The notes under the pieces were generated by a model, which saw only the letters and a list, made by a program, of their open reading frames with translations, was not told the origin of the DNA and ran no database searches. This document shows, one piece after another, positions 49,887 to 62,853 of a DNA stretch of 64,000 nucleotides. Source of the stretch: Spizellomyces punctatus DAOM BR117 (lineage: Eukaryota); NCBI GenBank assembly GCA_000182565.2, contig KQ257450.1. One strand, 5' to 3'. Position 1 is the first letter of the stretch; every line of letters begins with the position of its first letter. Both the position numbers and the translations under genes were made by a program.

Positions 49887-51969
49887 ATGACGGTACTGGT
49901 ACCGTTACGTACCGTCCTTTCTGCACCTCGCCAACGTCTCAAGTTTCCAATGCAGAATGCGACCTTTCCATTCTTTCCCCGTTTTCCACACGTAACATGC
50001 GATAATGTCATTCGACACATTGGCGGTAGCAGATCTCCACGCCTTGTGCAGCATCACCATATGAAGTTTGTCCATTCATGCACTGCATCACGACAAAAAC
50101 TCCGCCCTGGCACAATCTCCCCTTCAGCACCCCTTCAGCGATTGGCGTGGTTTTCACCCATCTACGAAATTACACCCGTTTTCCCGTGCAACCCGGGCAA
50201 TGTCACTATCTTGGATGAGCCGCAAGACTTTTATGGAGCGATTGAGGTAGGGAAAGGTAGGAAAATCTGCCGACAGATTAGTCCTCAAAAAATATTTGCA
50301 AAGAATGGATCTGAACCTCTAATCTGCATCTCTGTAGCGCGGAATATCGACCGCCAAGCGACGTATTGTGCTAGCCTCTTTGTATCTTGGCGCCGGTGAA
50401 GGTCGTGTGGTATGTCATAACACGGTTGAACTATTACAGAACCATGGTTAACTCCTACCTAAGAGGGACGCTCTTAAAACAGCGTTGACTAAAAATAAAG
50501 ACTTAGAAGTACACATTCTCCTCGACTACTTCCGGGGTACACGTGGACCAAAAGATAGTAGCGTATCGTTACTGTCGCCTTTAGTTCAAGCATATCCAGA
50601 GCGGGTGAAGATATCATTATATCATACACCCGCAGTTGGATCGCTTTTGAAGCGCTTGGTTCCACCAAGATTCATCGAAGGCTTTGGCTTGCAACATATG
50701 AAGATATATATATTTGATGATGACGTGCTACTGAGCGGGTAGGCCCACGAAGACTGTACACGCGAGAGGTTGCTTCATCCGGCTGACTTCACCTCATCAG
50801 GGCCAATCTCAATACCGATTATTTTGTGGATCGTCAGGATCGCTATGTCCTATTTCGAAGTACCGCGTCCATAAGCGACTTTTATGCAGACTTGGTCCGA
50901 ACAGTCAGCCGCTTCTCGTATTCCCTCGTTCCGGGAAAAGTGACCACTGCGACATCCATTGCAGTGAATCTTCTTCCTCCACCAGCATCCTTAACTGGAG
51001 GAAGGGTAGACCGTCCCAAATTGAAACGAGTAGCATCATCAGATATGCACTCTTTCTGCAAAAGATGGCATGAGAAGACTAGCGAATTGAGGGAACAGCT
51101 GGTTGAGCGGCGGGCGACAACCGACACAATCGTAATGCCGATGATTCAAATGGGACAGCTTGGGGTTCATCAGGAAGAATCTGTACTCGACCGGCTTTTG
51201 AAAATCATGGACTGCCAGAAACTTACAGAAAAAGAAGGCCGTTGGACAGTGCACTTGAGCTCTGGCTATTTAAACTTTCCCGAAACTCTACTACGCCCGA
51301 TATTAGGATCCTCAGCTCTCTATCGTATATTGACAGCATCCCCAGAGGTACAAAAATACAGCATACGCGGGTCTATTTTGAGCTTATATTGAGTCACATC
51401 ACTGGTAGGCAAACGGGTTTTTTGGTTCGAAGGGAGTCTCTCGATATCTACCAGCGGCATACACGTACCTAGAAACAAAACTCTTAGAACGGGCACAGCG
51501 GTTGGGGAGGGGTGAGAGTTTGATTGTGCATGAGTGGAAGAGGAAAGGTTGGACCTTTCACGCTAAAGGTATTTGTGGAGTCGCACCCATTGTAAAAACT
51601 CGTAACTAACAAATTAGCAACAGGACTTTGGTGCACGCCTCCTGGCGAGTCCTCACCGTTGGTGACAGTTATTGGCTCGTCAAATTTTGGATACCGATCA
51701 TTATTCCGAGATGTGGAAGCACAAGCTGTGATAGCTACAGTTAATGAAGATCTTAGACGACGATTGCAGCTGGTTAGTTTTCTGGCTATCTTTTTGCAGG
51801 GTGTTGTCCCAAAAATATTGGTTTAATGTCAAATTTCCGTTTTATACAGAACATCGATCACCTTTATGCACATTCACGACCTGTGAAACAAGATGAACTT
51901 ACTCACGGTGACAGAAGAGTGCCGCTCGGAGTCGTCGTAGCCACGCGCATGATTCGGACCATGCTATAA
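49887..51969 (+). CDS. PGS1: CDP-diacylglycerol--glycerol-3-phosphate 3-phosphatidyltransferase (multi-exon; start uncertain)
   Basis: RIVLASLYLG, LLDYFRGTRG, GLQHMKIYIFDDDVLLSG/ANL..DYF.DRQDRY, GWTFHAKG, IGSSNFGYRS..RDVEAQ. Confidence 0.92.
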
Positions 51970-52085
51970 TTTAAGACTTTCTCCGATAATACTCAACGCG
52001 CCCTTGTTTCTATACATTATATACAGGCGTTACCTCCGTAGCATTGGCAGTCATTAGTACATCGACGGAACTGCGCTACCTAGGT

Positions 52086-52925
52086 TCAACCAGCCGCTTG
52101 ATATTTCTTTAGATTTTGCAGGTCATTCAAAGTGCTATGGATTGTATTGTCGTCCAACGTTTCTCGATTCAGACTTTCAAGATAGCAACATTACTTTTTC
52201 GTGATCGTACTTTCACTCAGCGAAGAACAGACATTACCTTGGGATAAGCGACCTTGCTTCCTCCACTGACTCTATCCCGAGATTCCCCATAAGCCCAATT
52301 TCGAATGGTTCGTATTGTGAACTATCTATTGTTCTGCGTGTCCGGTCATCCAACAATGGGGCCAGATTTAAATGATATTCCGTAGATTGTGTGGGACAAG
52401 CAATCAAACTCACGATTTTATATGGCGCACCGTGTTTGGGTTAGAAAACGCTGTGAATCTTGAGCAGTACTCGAGGGTTTTTTCAAAAACTCTGTTGTTC
52501 GTGATGAATAGAAAAAGCCGAGACACGCATCAGTACATCTCTTCAGGCTACACAGAGCAGCCTCAGACAAATCACAATGTGCAGACACTGAACTCGTTGG
52601 AAGGTCGTTCTATTCCAGATTGCATTCGCCGTCGCTTGTGCATATCAAGCAAAAGCTTCACTTCCGGTATCAGCAGACAGTCCACACCTTGAAAGTCTGG
52701 ACTGAAATAGTCAGCAGAGGACGACATATCACTGGAAGAGTGGTTGTAAAGGCTGGCAGGCATCTATTTCAGATGTATGGGCTGCAGCAAACACTACAGA
52801 CCAGCACCAAGTTTTCCTGTGGCAGAGTCGAGATCTTCGGTGTCGCGACGGGCGCCCCGTGAGGGTGCTAGACGGCGAGGAGCCGGATAGATGCTCGGAA
52901 TGGCTTCTGATTGTGACGTTGGCAT
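52086..52925 (-). CDS. RPB4: RNA polymerase II subunit RPB4 (multi-exon)
   Basis: DSATGKLGA/DFQGVDCLLIPEVKLLL, VFEKTLEYCSRF, EPFEIGLMGNLGIESVEEARSLIP. Confidence 0.88.
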
Positions 52926-53439
52926 CTTCTCAAAGTGCTTTTGCAGGTTGACTGTCTCGACTCGGGTTGGGACCGACATGGATCGCAAGTGGCTTTCGTG
53001 ACAACAAATCACGTGATACTACATCTTGACGAGTCTCGGACTCTCGGTCAGCAATTCAAACATGCAATGCAGGTCAGGGTTGCGTGATGCCAGCGCAAAA
53101 TGCCCAAAGATTCACATGAGGGAGATACGCCAAATGTTAAGCAGCTAGATTGTGCGGAGATCCTTGCTTTTGTTGTTTGAGATATCATCGAGAGGACATT
53201 AACTGTGCAGCCGTGATGAATGATGGCAAGCGATTGAAGGAAATGGTCCCCACAACCTGTGATATATCCATCTGTGCAGAGGGTATTCTTATTGCAATCC
53301 TTATTACTGTTCTTGACGGAAGAGTTGCTCGTCGTTGCTTCAACTTGCCTTTGAATCGGCCATGCGCGCGTCTGTGGCGCAGCTGCTCGGCACATCTCTT
53401 CCACAGCCTCCATCTCATCTACTTTCCTGACCGTGCACG

Positions 53440-56400
53440 ATGAACGGGCCAGATCTTCGCCAGCGGGTCAAGGGTAACGGTTCAGCGGACTCCAAGTCTC
53501 CTGCCGATTCGGGTATAGATCTCCACAAAAAACTACAGCGACCTGGCGGGGTTACGGTACGTTTCTTTGCCTTTGCAGCAGCTCGTCGTGGAGAGAACAA
53601 AGCTTGAATAAAACCGGTATAGATTCCCGCAACTGTTGTGCCATATTTGCATACGGTACTTGGCTATGCAGCCTTTGCAGCTGCGCTAGCTGTTTGCTCT
53701 CACACTCGGTGGCACAATGTTCTGAAAAATGAGGTTGCAGGCTGGCCTGAGGTATGGTCAAGAGCGGAATAGCGTTGAGTTGAACGCAACATTTTGATGG
53801 ACGGTCTAGGAATGGTTTCCGAGTGTGTCGGCGGTGACTGGAGATTGGTACCCTGCTCGAAACATATTCCAAATTCTCATCGCTATGGCTGCTGGTGGGT
53901 TCAGACATGAGTGTGCACGTGAATGTAAATGGCCTCAACATCCAACATCCAACGGATCAACAGGTCCGCGATTCCTGCTTCTTGCGATAAATTACCTGGT
54001 TCATGACGTGAGCATGTCTACGGGCTCACGCTTTGTTGCCCGTCTGACTTTGCTCTTCGGTCTCATTCGTACACTCAGCTGTGGTGGTTGGGTTTATATC
54101 ACTTCGACCGACCAACACGATTGGCATGACATTTTCATGATCACTTACCTAGTTGCCGGATTATTCTATATGATTGGATTGACGTGGCTGTCCTGGAGAT
54201 CATCAAAATTTGGCAAGCAAACGGGATGGAAGCTGCGCCTTGGATGCATTATCGGTTTTCTCGGTTTGGTACCATTCTTGGTTTATTGGTTCGTTAAACA
54301 TAAAGTAGACCGTATTCCTGGAGGTAAGTCACCTGTCTTGTAGCAACAGAATTCACAATCCAGAGATTTGAATGCGTTGGCACTAGCCTACTCTATATAT
54401 GCTTTATTTGAATGGAGCGTCATATTATTTGATGTGGGCTTCGATTTCGCCACCGCGTTGGATGTGAAAGATATATCTATACAACTGGTCCAGCCATCCT
54501 CAAATAGCGGGCCTGCCGGGTACACTCGAATCAAGCAAGAACCATCATTGGAAACCATGAGTCGACCTCAGATCGTCATCGAACAAAGCACCCTATCAAC
54601 TTTGTCCAGTCATGTTGCAGACACCTATTTGGGTGGGTTAGCCGTTGGAACGGGCGTGCATCAACGTCAGGATTAGTTAATTATGAACTCTATGTCACTT
54701 ACGTTTGAATATACTGATTAAAAAGGATTCGTCTTTTGGTCAATGACAACCTCCCTGGGTCTCACCATATGGTATGATTGGTTCAGTTATTCAGCCAATT
54801 TTCTTTGCTGCTTCAGTCAAGGATTCTCTGCTTATCAGTTTCCGCTATTGAACAGGTACTTTCCTTTGTGGAACATGGGAATTTCGGGATTTGAAGCATT
54901 CCTCTTCACAACATTATCCCCCGCAGTACTTGGCGTACCCTTTATTCGCCGCGCAGTTCACTGTATGCCCGGCATTTTCCACCTCCTCTCTCTCGTTGGC
55001 CTCCTATCGTACCGATTTCCCGAACCTCTACACAGGCTTATTTGCGTCGGAACTGGCGTAGGGTTCTCGTTCCTCGTGTGGGGATCTTCCTTTGTTGATG
55101 CCGACGGTATCTCATCCGAAAGAGTTCAATCACGCAGCTGGAGCAAGTGCCTTCCTTTCATGCTTGGTCTTCTGTTGAGTAATGTCGCGAAAGTGTACGG
55201 ATTTTCGAATAATCCGGTTTGGTCAATCATGCGCCCGGAAAACGGTGGATTGAACGAGCTGGGTCTTGGACTAGCAGTGCTTGCTTCACTACAAGTGCTG
55301 CTACGACCGCTGCTGGAATCAAAGAGCAAAGTTGCATCAATCACAACGCCGGAAGAGAAAATTGCTGCAAAGCAAGGTGTCAAAGAAGCGCGCGCCACGG
55401 GACACTGGGCAGCTGCGGCCGTGGGCTTCGGTGCATTACTTTTTGCTCTTCATAGCATGCTGACAGATTCAGGTATCATCTGCAGATGGGCTACCGACGG
55501 TTATCCAAATCCTGGAATGGATCCATTGTTCGGGGGTGTGATCGTTCTTTTACAAATGGGTATCGGATTATTGATATCCAAAAATGTCAATGTTGCCACT
55601 AATACGGGCTGGTGGCTTCTCGGATCGACCGGAGTAATGGCATTGTACTTCTTACCACAATGGTCTACGGAAGGCAGATACATTGGTTTTGGTGGAGGCC
55701 TGATCTTTGCGACCTACATATGCTCCATTGCACCTTCCTTGATCAATCAATTACCATATTTCCCCGCTGGTCGAACGCTGCTACTAGCCACATTTGTCTA
55801 TGATATATTGCAGGTAATGTCAAGAAAGTTGAAACCTACTGAGTTTATTGACCAAAGCCTTTCATGACTAGCTTGCGCATGTTTGGGTTGTTGCGTATGC
55901 ATTTGTTCCTGGCGGAGTCTACGCTCGCGAACGAACGCATTATCTTCTTATTGTCATGCAATTCCTTCTTTTTGTCGGCCTACGATCGGCTCGCTCAACT
56001 CTTTCGTCCGCCGAAAAGCGGGAGGCACCAGTGAGCGTACACAAGACCGTCAGGCATGAGTACGATCGGGCTGCCTTGACATTAGCTATATCATATCTGC
56101 TCCTAGCTGCTTCAGTAGGGGCGCGCATGTCTGTTCGGAAGGAACCCAAACCCTATCATCCGGAGGAGAAACTAGCAACTATGGGGATTTGGACTGTTCA
56201 TTTCGGATTGGATAACGAAATGTGGAGTAGTCATCAGCGGATGGCCGAGGTCATTCGAGAACTAGAACTGGATGTCATAGGTACGGATCTTGGGTGTTCC
56301 CTACTGTCAATGAGAATGATTAATTTTTAATCTTGTTTTAGGTCTGCTAGAATCCGATACCTATCGCATTATTATGGGTAATAGAGATCTTACCCAGTAT

Positions 56401-57221
56401 CTGAGCGAGACACTTGGCATGTACGCGGATTACGGCCCCGGACCGACCAAACACACATGGGGCTGCTCAATGCTATCCAAATTTCCAATCATTCGATCAA
56501 CGCACCATCTTCTCCCTTCCCCAGTCGGTGAGCTCGCATGTGCCATCCATGCCACTCTCGGTAGGTATGATTCTATCTTCTCCCAAGTGGCCGAGGAAAT
56601 GACCAGGTTTTGTGACAGACGTATATGGGACGGAGGTTGACGTGAGCGTATCTCACAATGGACAAGAAGAAGACTGGTTAGACAGACAACTACAGACACA
56701 GACTCTTGCTGGCATTATGAACAATAGCCAGAATCCGTTCGTGTTCCTAGGATACGTCGTAACAGACCCAGGACATCAACACGAACTGTACCACACCTTG
56801 GTGGGAAAAGGACGGGTCGAGGATATTGATGAAACGGATTGGGATAGGTATGAGTGGGCCTCCTGGCTTCAGGCGGTGCTCGCTAATGTATTCTCCTCTT
56901 TGCTCACTATATCCCGCACGGAATTGCAGATGGTGCCAGTATATTTTCTACCGCGGCTTAGAGCGAGTTGGATATGCACGTATAAGTCACGGCGGTATAA
57001 CCGATACCGAGATCCAGGTTGGGAAATTCGTGCTCCCGCCTGAAGGTGGGCCGCGGCCTTTGACTGTAGTTGATGAGGATGATGATGCTCGTATTCCGGA
57101 GGGACAAAGATTCCCTGAGGCATTCTGGGGAGATGGAGTAAGGGGTCATCGGTATCATGTGTTCGACGCTCCGAAGTATTGGGGTGAAATGAACGAGAAT
57201 ACTGAAAGGACTGACAACTAG
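53440..57221 (+). CDS. CWH43: CWH43/PGAP2-interacting protein (GPI lipid remodelling; Frag1/DRAM plus endonuclease-like domain; start approximate)
   Basis: [100 protein letters not shown]. Confidence 0.93.
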
Positions 57222-57446
57222 CACTTGTACTCTAATTGCGTATACATTGAAAATCCGACGAAAAGTAAGGAGCTATATGCCCTCATATTAATCTCAATAT
57301 TATATACCTGGCTGCCCCATCGTATTGCGTGACATATAATAAGCCGTACAACAGAAATACACACTCCTCGGGGCTCCAAAAGATAAAAGATCCAATAGAA
57401 GTTTTGCCACTCCTTCCAATCCTAATTCAGTAATTCACGGTGTGAA

Positions 57447-59185
57447 TTAGGAGGCCTTTCGACGACCTTCAGCGATCCTTGCCGCCACTAGACTTGCTTC
57501 CACCCCAGCAGCAGAATAAGTCAAAGTCGGCACACGGCGGACGACTGCCTCAGGGGGCAACACCTGGACCACAGTACCCCCTCCTCCTTTATATCTTTCA
57601 TGTGCACTCCCTCCCCGACTTCCATGGCCCCGATCCACACTTTGTTCTCCAGTGTTGTTGCCATGGTCCGTTTGTGTGGGCTCTGCAGCGGAAGCGGCTA
57701 ACGTCGCAGTGTCTGGTATAGCGTCAGCCGGCAGGGTGGATGGAAGGAGAAAGTCGCAGTTGTAGTGGACTATGCCTGTGTACACGCTCGTAAGTGGGTC
57801 TGAAAGCATACTAAAATAAATGAGCCTACCTAATGACGCTGAGGAAGGACTTCGGGCCATGGGAAGATGATTTGACGGGGTATGTCCAAGAAATTCATTG
57901 AAGTGGTGGATTGACTTCTTGCGCCGTGCTGGACGAAATGGATCCGCGTCAGTAATCGTCACAGTGGAAGAAGTCGTTAGTGAGAGAACTGAACATTGAT
58001 TTACCTGAGCCCATCGCAGGAGGCCCAGAGACTTTGCGGTGTCGTCTGCGTCGACGGCGTAATAGAACAATGCTGTATGTAACACATGCAATGGCAACAG
58101 TCGCTGAAGTAACAGCCACAATGACGACCCCCGCTAGAAAATGATGATCGGATAAGTACTGAAGCACGATTCTCAACAACAGTCGCACAATTCCTACCAG
58201 TGGATAGCTTGGGCGAGAAATTACGCTGAAACCACGATCCCACAGCCTGGGCAGCACTCACAATGTTGCTCTTAACCACCTGCCATGGCACTACGCCCAA
58301 TCGATCTAATATGATCAGGACTATCCCAGTCACGATAACCCCCCCACACAAGATTCCGATCGTCATCAGCGGGCAGAACCACCAACGCTTTCGGCGACGA
58401 GATTTGGCTTCGGACATTTCTTGCAATAATTCCGCTGTAGACTCATTGTGGATAGGCTCGTCGAGCTGCGTGGTGACGGCCGTGACGCTTTCGGATGGAC
58501 GATTGATGGAAGGTATACCTATTTCAATGTCAGAGTCCGGGGACTTCTGCATGGAAGGACCACGCTTTGTGATGCCCAAGGCAGCTGATGTTGCTTCATT
58601 CAAAACAGTACCGGACGATCCAGATCCAGACCAGCTTGGGAACAACGGTAATTGACCTGGTTCGGGAACAGACAATCGAGAGTGTCGAACGTTCTCTGCA
58701 ATGTCACGGGCTGAACGCGAAGGAGCACGGTTTGCCAAACCAGCTACACGGTTTTCATCCCTTAGCGTCTTCGGATATCTGGTTGCACTTGTCCCGGCTG
58801 AGATGGATGTAACTCGTACCCTTTCCTCGACTAATGTACTGCCAGCCAAACTCGGTGCCATTGCTGACTTTAAGGTTCCAGAATTCGTCTGAGTCTCAGC
58901 CAAGGCCAGGTCTTCCTCCCATGAAGCCATGGCTTCTTTTAATGGGGTATTATAGTGTGAGCCGAGCGAATACGCGATGCTGAGGTCCGATCCGTGCCGA
59001 CGTAACGGAGTTGATGGGGGCGGTGGGGCGGGAGGTAGACGCGGTGTGGCAAAAGACAGTTGGTAGCGAGCATTTTCACGACTGGAAGCAGTGGATGGCT
59101 GTCTTGACGGAAGGCTTGTGTTGGTTGTTGTGTTTGTTCCAAAGGCGGACGGACGACCGAGGGAATGTCCAGGAAGAAACCCCAT
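57447..59185 (-). CDS. Hypothetical membrane protein (disordered N-terminus, two TM helices; multi-exon)
   Basis: ORF 58001-59185 has a TM helix after KRWWFCP. A probable intron at ~58135-58197 switches frame to AGVVIVAVTSATVAIACVTYSIVLLRRRRRR; later exons end RRKAS*. Confidence 0.55.
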
Positions 59186-59470
59186 ACGGTTTCTAACTAC
59201 AAAAGAAAATCGCAGATATTTTACAAAAAGCTACCAAAAAGGCGTTTAAAGACTACAAGGAACGATTCCTTGCGTAGTGCCCTCTCGGGCTGTCGAAAGG
59301 GAACGAAAACGATAAGGATGGTCGCCGAGGACCACTGTCGGTGCGAGTGGCTTAGACCCGGGCCTAGCACGTTACATAATCGTGTTTGCTCACGTCACGT
59401 GCTCATCGCAAAGTGGTTCCCCGATCGACATAGCGGAGGGAACGGCTAGTTGGTCTGGAGATCGGCCTGC

Positions 59471-62400
59471 ATGCGGGCAAGAGCATTAGCACCGTGTGTC
59501 GTCGCCCGTTTCGCTCAGCTTCCCGACATTGCTGCATTCCTATCGGTTGCATATCGCTCCTGTTCGCTGCCCAAACAACGACCTCACCGATCGTTTTCCA
59601 CGTCCCACACTGCGAGAATGCGGTATTATCTCCAGATCCTATCGACGAACACAGTGGACAGTAGTCCCGCTGTCCTTCTTCACTTTGACTCGCAACGTTA
59701 TTTGTTTAACTGCGGCGAGGGAACTCAGCGCTTTTGTCATGAGCACAAGGTCAGGTTGGCCAAAGTCAAGAATATCTTCCTCACGCGTGTGGCTTGGGAT
59801 TGTGTGGGTGGTTTGCCGGGTATGTGGTTCAACGGTTCATGCATGTCTCGCGAGAATGCAAGGAGAGATGGATAGGCTTATATACGCGGAGACCTGCTGT
59901 TGAATTTGCTGTGTGCAATATGCTAACATGATCGTCCTCCTGTATTCTTTTCAAATCAAATTGCAGGCATGCTCCTCACCCTTGCTGACGCGGGTAGTTC
60001 CTCAATGCGACTGAATGGGCCGAATAATCTTACCCACTTTATGGCCGCCACTAGGCACTTCATCTATAGGTGCTCCCCGCGTCATCGCTCTGAACCATAG
60101 TGAGACCGTGCCTAATGATTCTTATAACCAGACAATCTTTGGATCTGAGCACATTTGAGTTCCACGAAACCAAAGGAGAGCCATTTCAGGACGAAAATAT
60201 CACAGTCCACCCAGTTTATCTTGCACCTGAACCAATCGTGTCACCAGAAACACAGAACGCCGCAACGAACGGTCCGGATGTGATCACTTTCAGCAGGAAA
60301 CGGAAGAACGAGAGTCAAAATGATCATTTGATTTGCAAGAGAGCCTTTCTCAGACGTATGTTTCCGGTGGACCAAGGGTATCATCCTCTAAGTGATCACA
60401 CTGGAACGGAGATCACCGACGTGACGATACCTGCTGGCGAAGGGGAAACGGCTACGGTAGTAGCAATGGAAGACATAAAGGATTCGAATGAGGATGAGGT
60501 GGTTGTTCCAAGAACCGAAATCGGACGGCTTGGGTCTGCTCGATTACCGCGGACAGAGCCTGACCACGTCGTCTTGTCCTACATTTGCCGTGGGCCAAAT
60601 GTTCCTGGCAAATTTAACCCGGTCGCTGCCCAGAAACTCGGAGTGAAACCTGGAAAGGATTTTGGTATGTAAGAAATATGAAGTTCCAGTGCCTATATGA
60701 TTCACTAGCTCACCGGTGAGAATAGGAATCCTTGCCGGGGGACAAACTGTTACAACCGCAGACGGGACTGTGGTATATCCACATATGTGCATGGGGGAGC
60801 CTCGGCCAGGGGCGGTAAGTTTATCTTTGATTGAGATTCACTCGGATTTGGCTTCACTCTATTTGATTGCAGATATTCGTCATAATCGATTGCCCCTCTC
60901 CAGCATATATCAATGCCCTTGTAAACTCACCTGAATTTGCACCCTTCTACGATACGACAAACGGAAATCATGTTCGATGCGTAGTCCACATAACCGGGGA
61001 TGGGGTCTTGTCAGATCCCCGCTATGTGGAATGGATGAACAAGTTTGGGCATCAGACACGGGTGCGTGGTTGTCATGTACCCCTTGCAACGTGGCCATGG
61101 CTGAAACATCAGGTCGTTCTCGTTGTAGCATTTTATTATCAGCCGTCGTCATAATCCAATGGGAATAAGCTACCTTGCTGCGGGGAACCTTCAGCACAAA
61201 TTGAATGTTTTGGACGCGGAGGTATTTCCTCTCCCGTATTTTACGAATGACCCTGAGGAGGATTTGAGAACAAGTGAGTCTGTCGAAACAGTGCCGCTGT
61301 GGCCACCAACTTATACATACCCATACAGTAATGGATCTTCCGAAAGGAGCGGTAATGGCCACACCATTGACAAATTATATAATAGAGCCTGCGCCGAAAG
61401 TAGATAATTCGGAGGCACTGCGACCGTTTTTAAGAGAAGAAGTTTCAGGCCTGGCGGAACCTGATTTAATCTCGTGCATCAAGAAGGACATTGAGAGACG
61501 TCATGCCACCTCGTCTGTGGTTCCCCCAGAGAAAGATGTTACAATCATTCCTTTGGGAACCGGTGCCGCTATCCCAGGCAAATACCGAAATGGTACAGTT
61601 TTTGTTTCGACGTGAACCACTATTGATAGATGATCCTCAAGGATGCGCGATTATCTTCTTCCAGTAAGCTCAACCTTTCTCATGCTATCTTCTGGCAACG
61701 TGCTGCTCGATGCGGGTGAAGGCACGCTTGGACAGCTCTTCCGTCACTTTGGACCAGATATGATGAAAGAAGCTCTCCGAAATCTGCGGATGATTTTCGT
61801 ATCGCACCTCCATGCAGATCACCATTTAGGCGTAGTACGCATATTGAAGTATTGGGATGAGGTGAATCAATTATGGGAAGCTACACATCATGACACATGT
61901 TAAACAATATCTTTCATGTTAGGTCAGAGATTCACGCAATCCGCAACCGCTGATTATTGTTGCACCAGCCAGATACCAGATCTGGTTGGAAGAATATGCT
62001 GACTGCGAGGAATTTGGGTTGAAACATGTGTTATTCCTTAATGCGGAGGATGTGCGATGGAATGCATCCGGTACAGATGGAAGAGACGAAGACGTCGAGA
62101 AGACGACCACGTATGTAGTGTATGATGAACATCTGTGAAGGCACTCAGATTGACTTGAATCGACTTTAAGAATAAACACCTTGAAAAAGACACTACACCT
62201 CAAGGACATCCACACGGTAGGCGTACACCATTGCCCATGGGCCTACGCGCTCGTATTAGACACGGAAGCCGCAGGCAAAGTGGTGTACGTATCAATACTT
62301 GGCTTGGATGACTTGAGTCTAATTAGATTATTGCTTTTGAGCAGCTTTTCCGGTGACTGCCGTCCGTCTGAGGACTTGGTCAATGCAGGACGGGGAGCCA

Positions 62401-62783
62401 GTGTGGTTATTCATGAGGCGACCTTGGAGGATGACAAGGTGGAAGAAGCGCTGGAAAAGCGACATTGCACAACGGGAGAAGCTATCCAGGTGGCCAAAAG
62501 GTGTGTCCAAGTGGAGCATGTTTTTACATCCCTCCAGCCGTCGAATCTGACCTTTCTCTTCAGCATGGAGGCCCAGAACTTGCTCTTGACGCATTTCTCA
62601 CAACGATACCCGAAAATTCCCATACTTCCCAATGACGTGGACGATGACCTTACTCAGGTCAAAGTTGGTATCGCGTACGACCTGATGCGGGCGAAGCTCA
62701 GCAGCTTTTGGCGGTTGCCCCTCCTAGTACCGGGATTACGCGCACTATTCCCCCAGGACGACAATGATGGTGTGAACAGGTGA
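59471..62783 (+). CDS. TRZ1: Long-form tRNase Z (ELAC2/Trz1; multi-exon)
   Basis: RYLFNCGEGTQR, GGLPGM, PLGTGAAIPGKYRN/VSS, LLDAGEGTLGQL, SHLHADHHLG, SGDCRP, IHEAT, LTHFSQRYPKIP. Confidence 0.95.
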
Positions 62784-62853
62784 TGAGATGAAGATGCACA
62801 CTCACTCATTGCTCGGAACCGATCTGGCGTAATATAATTCTATTTACAATAGT

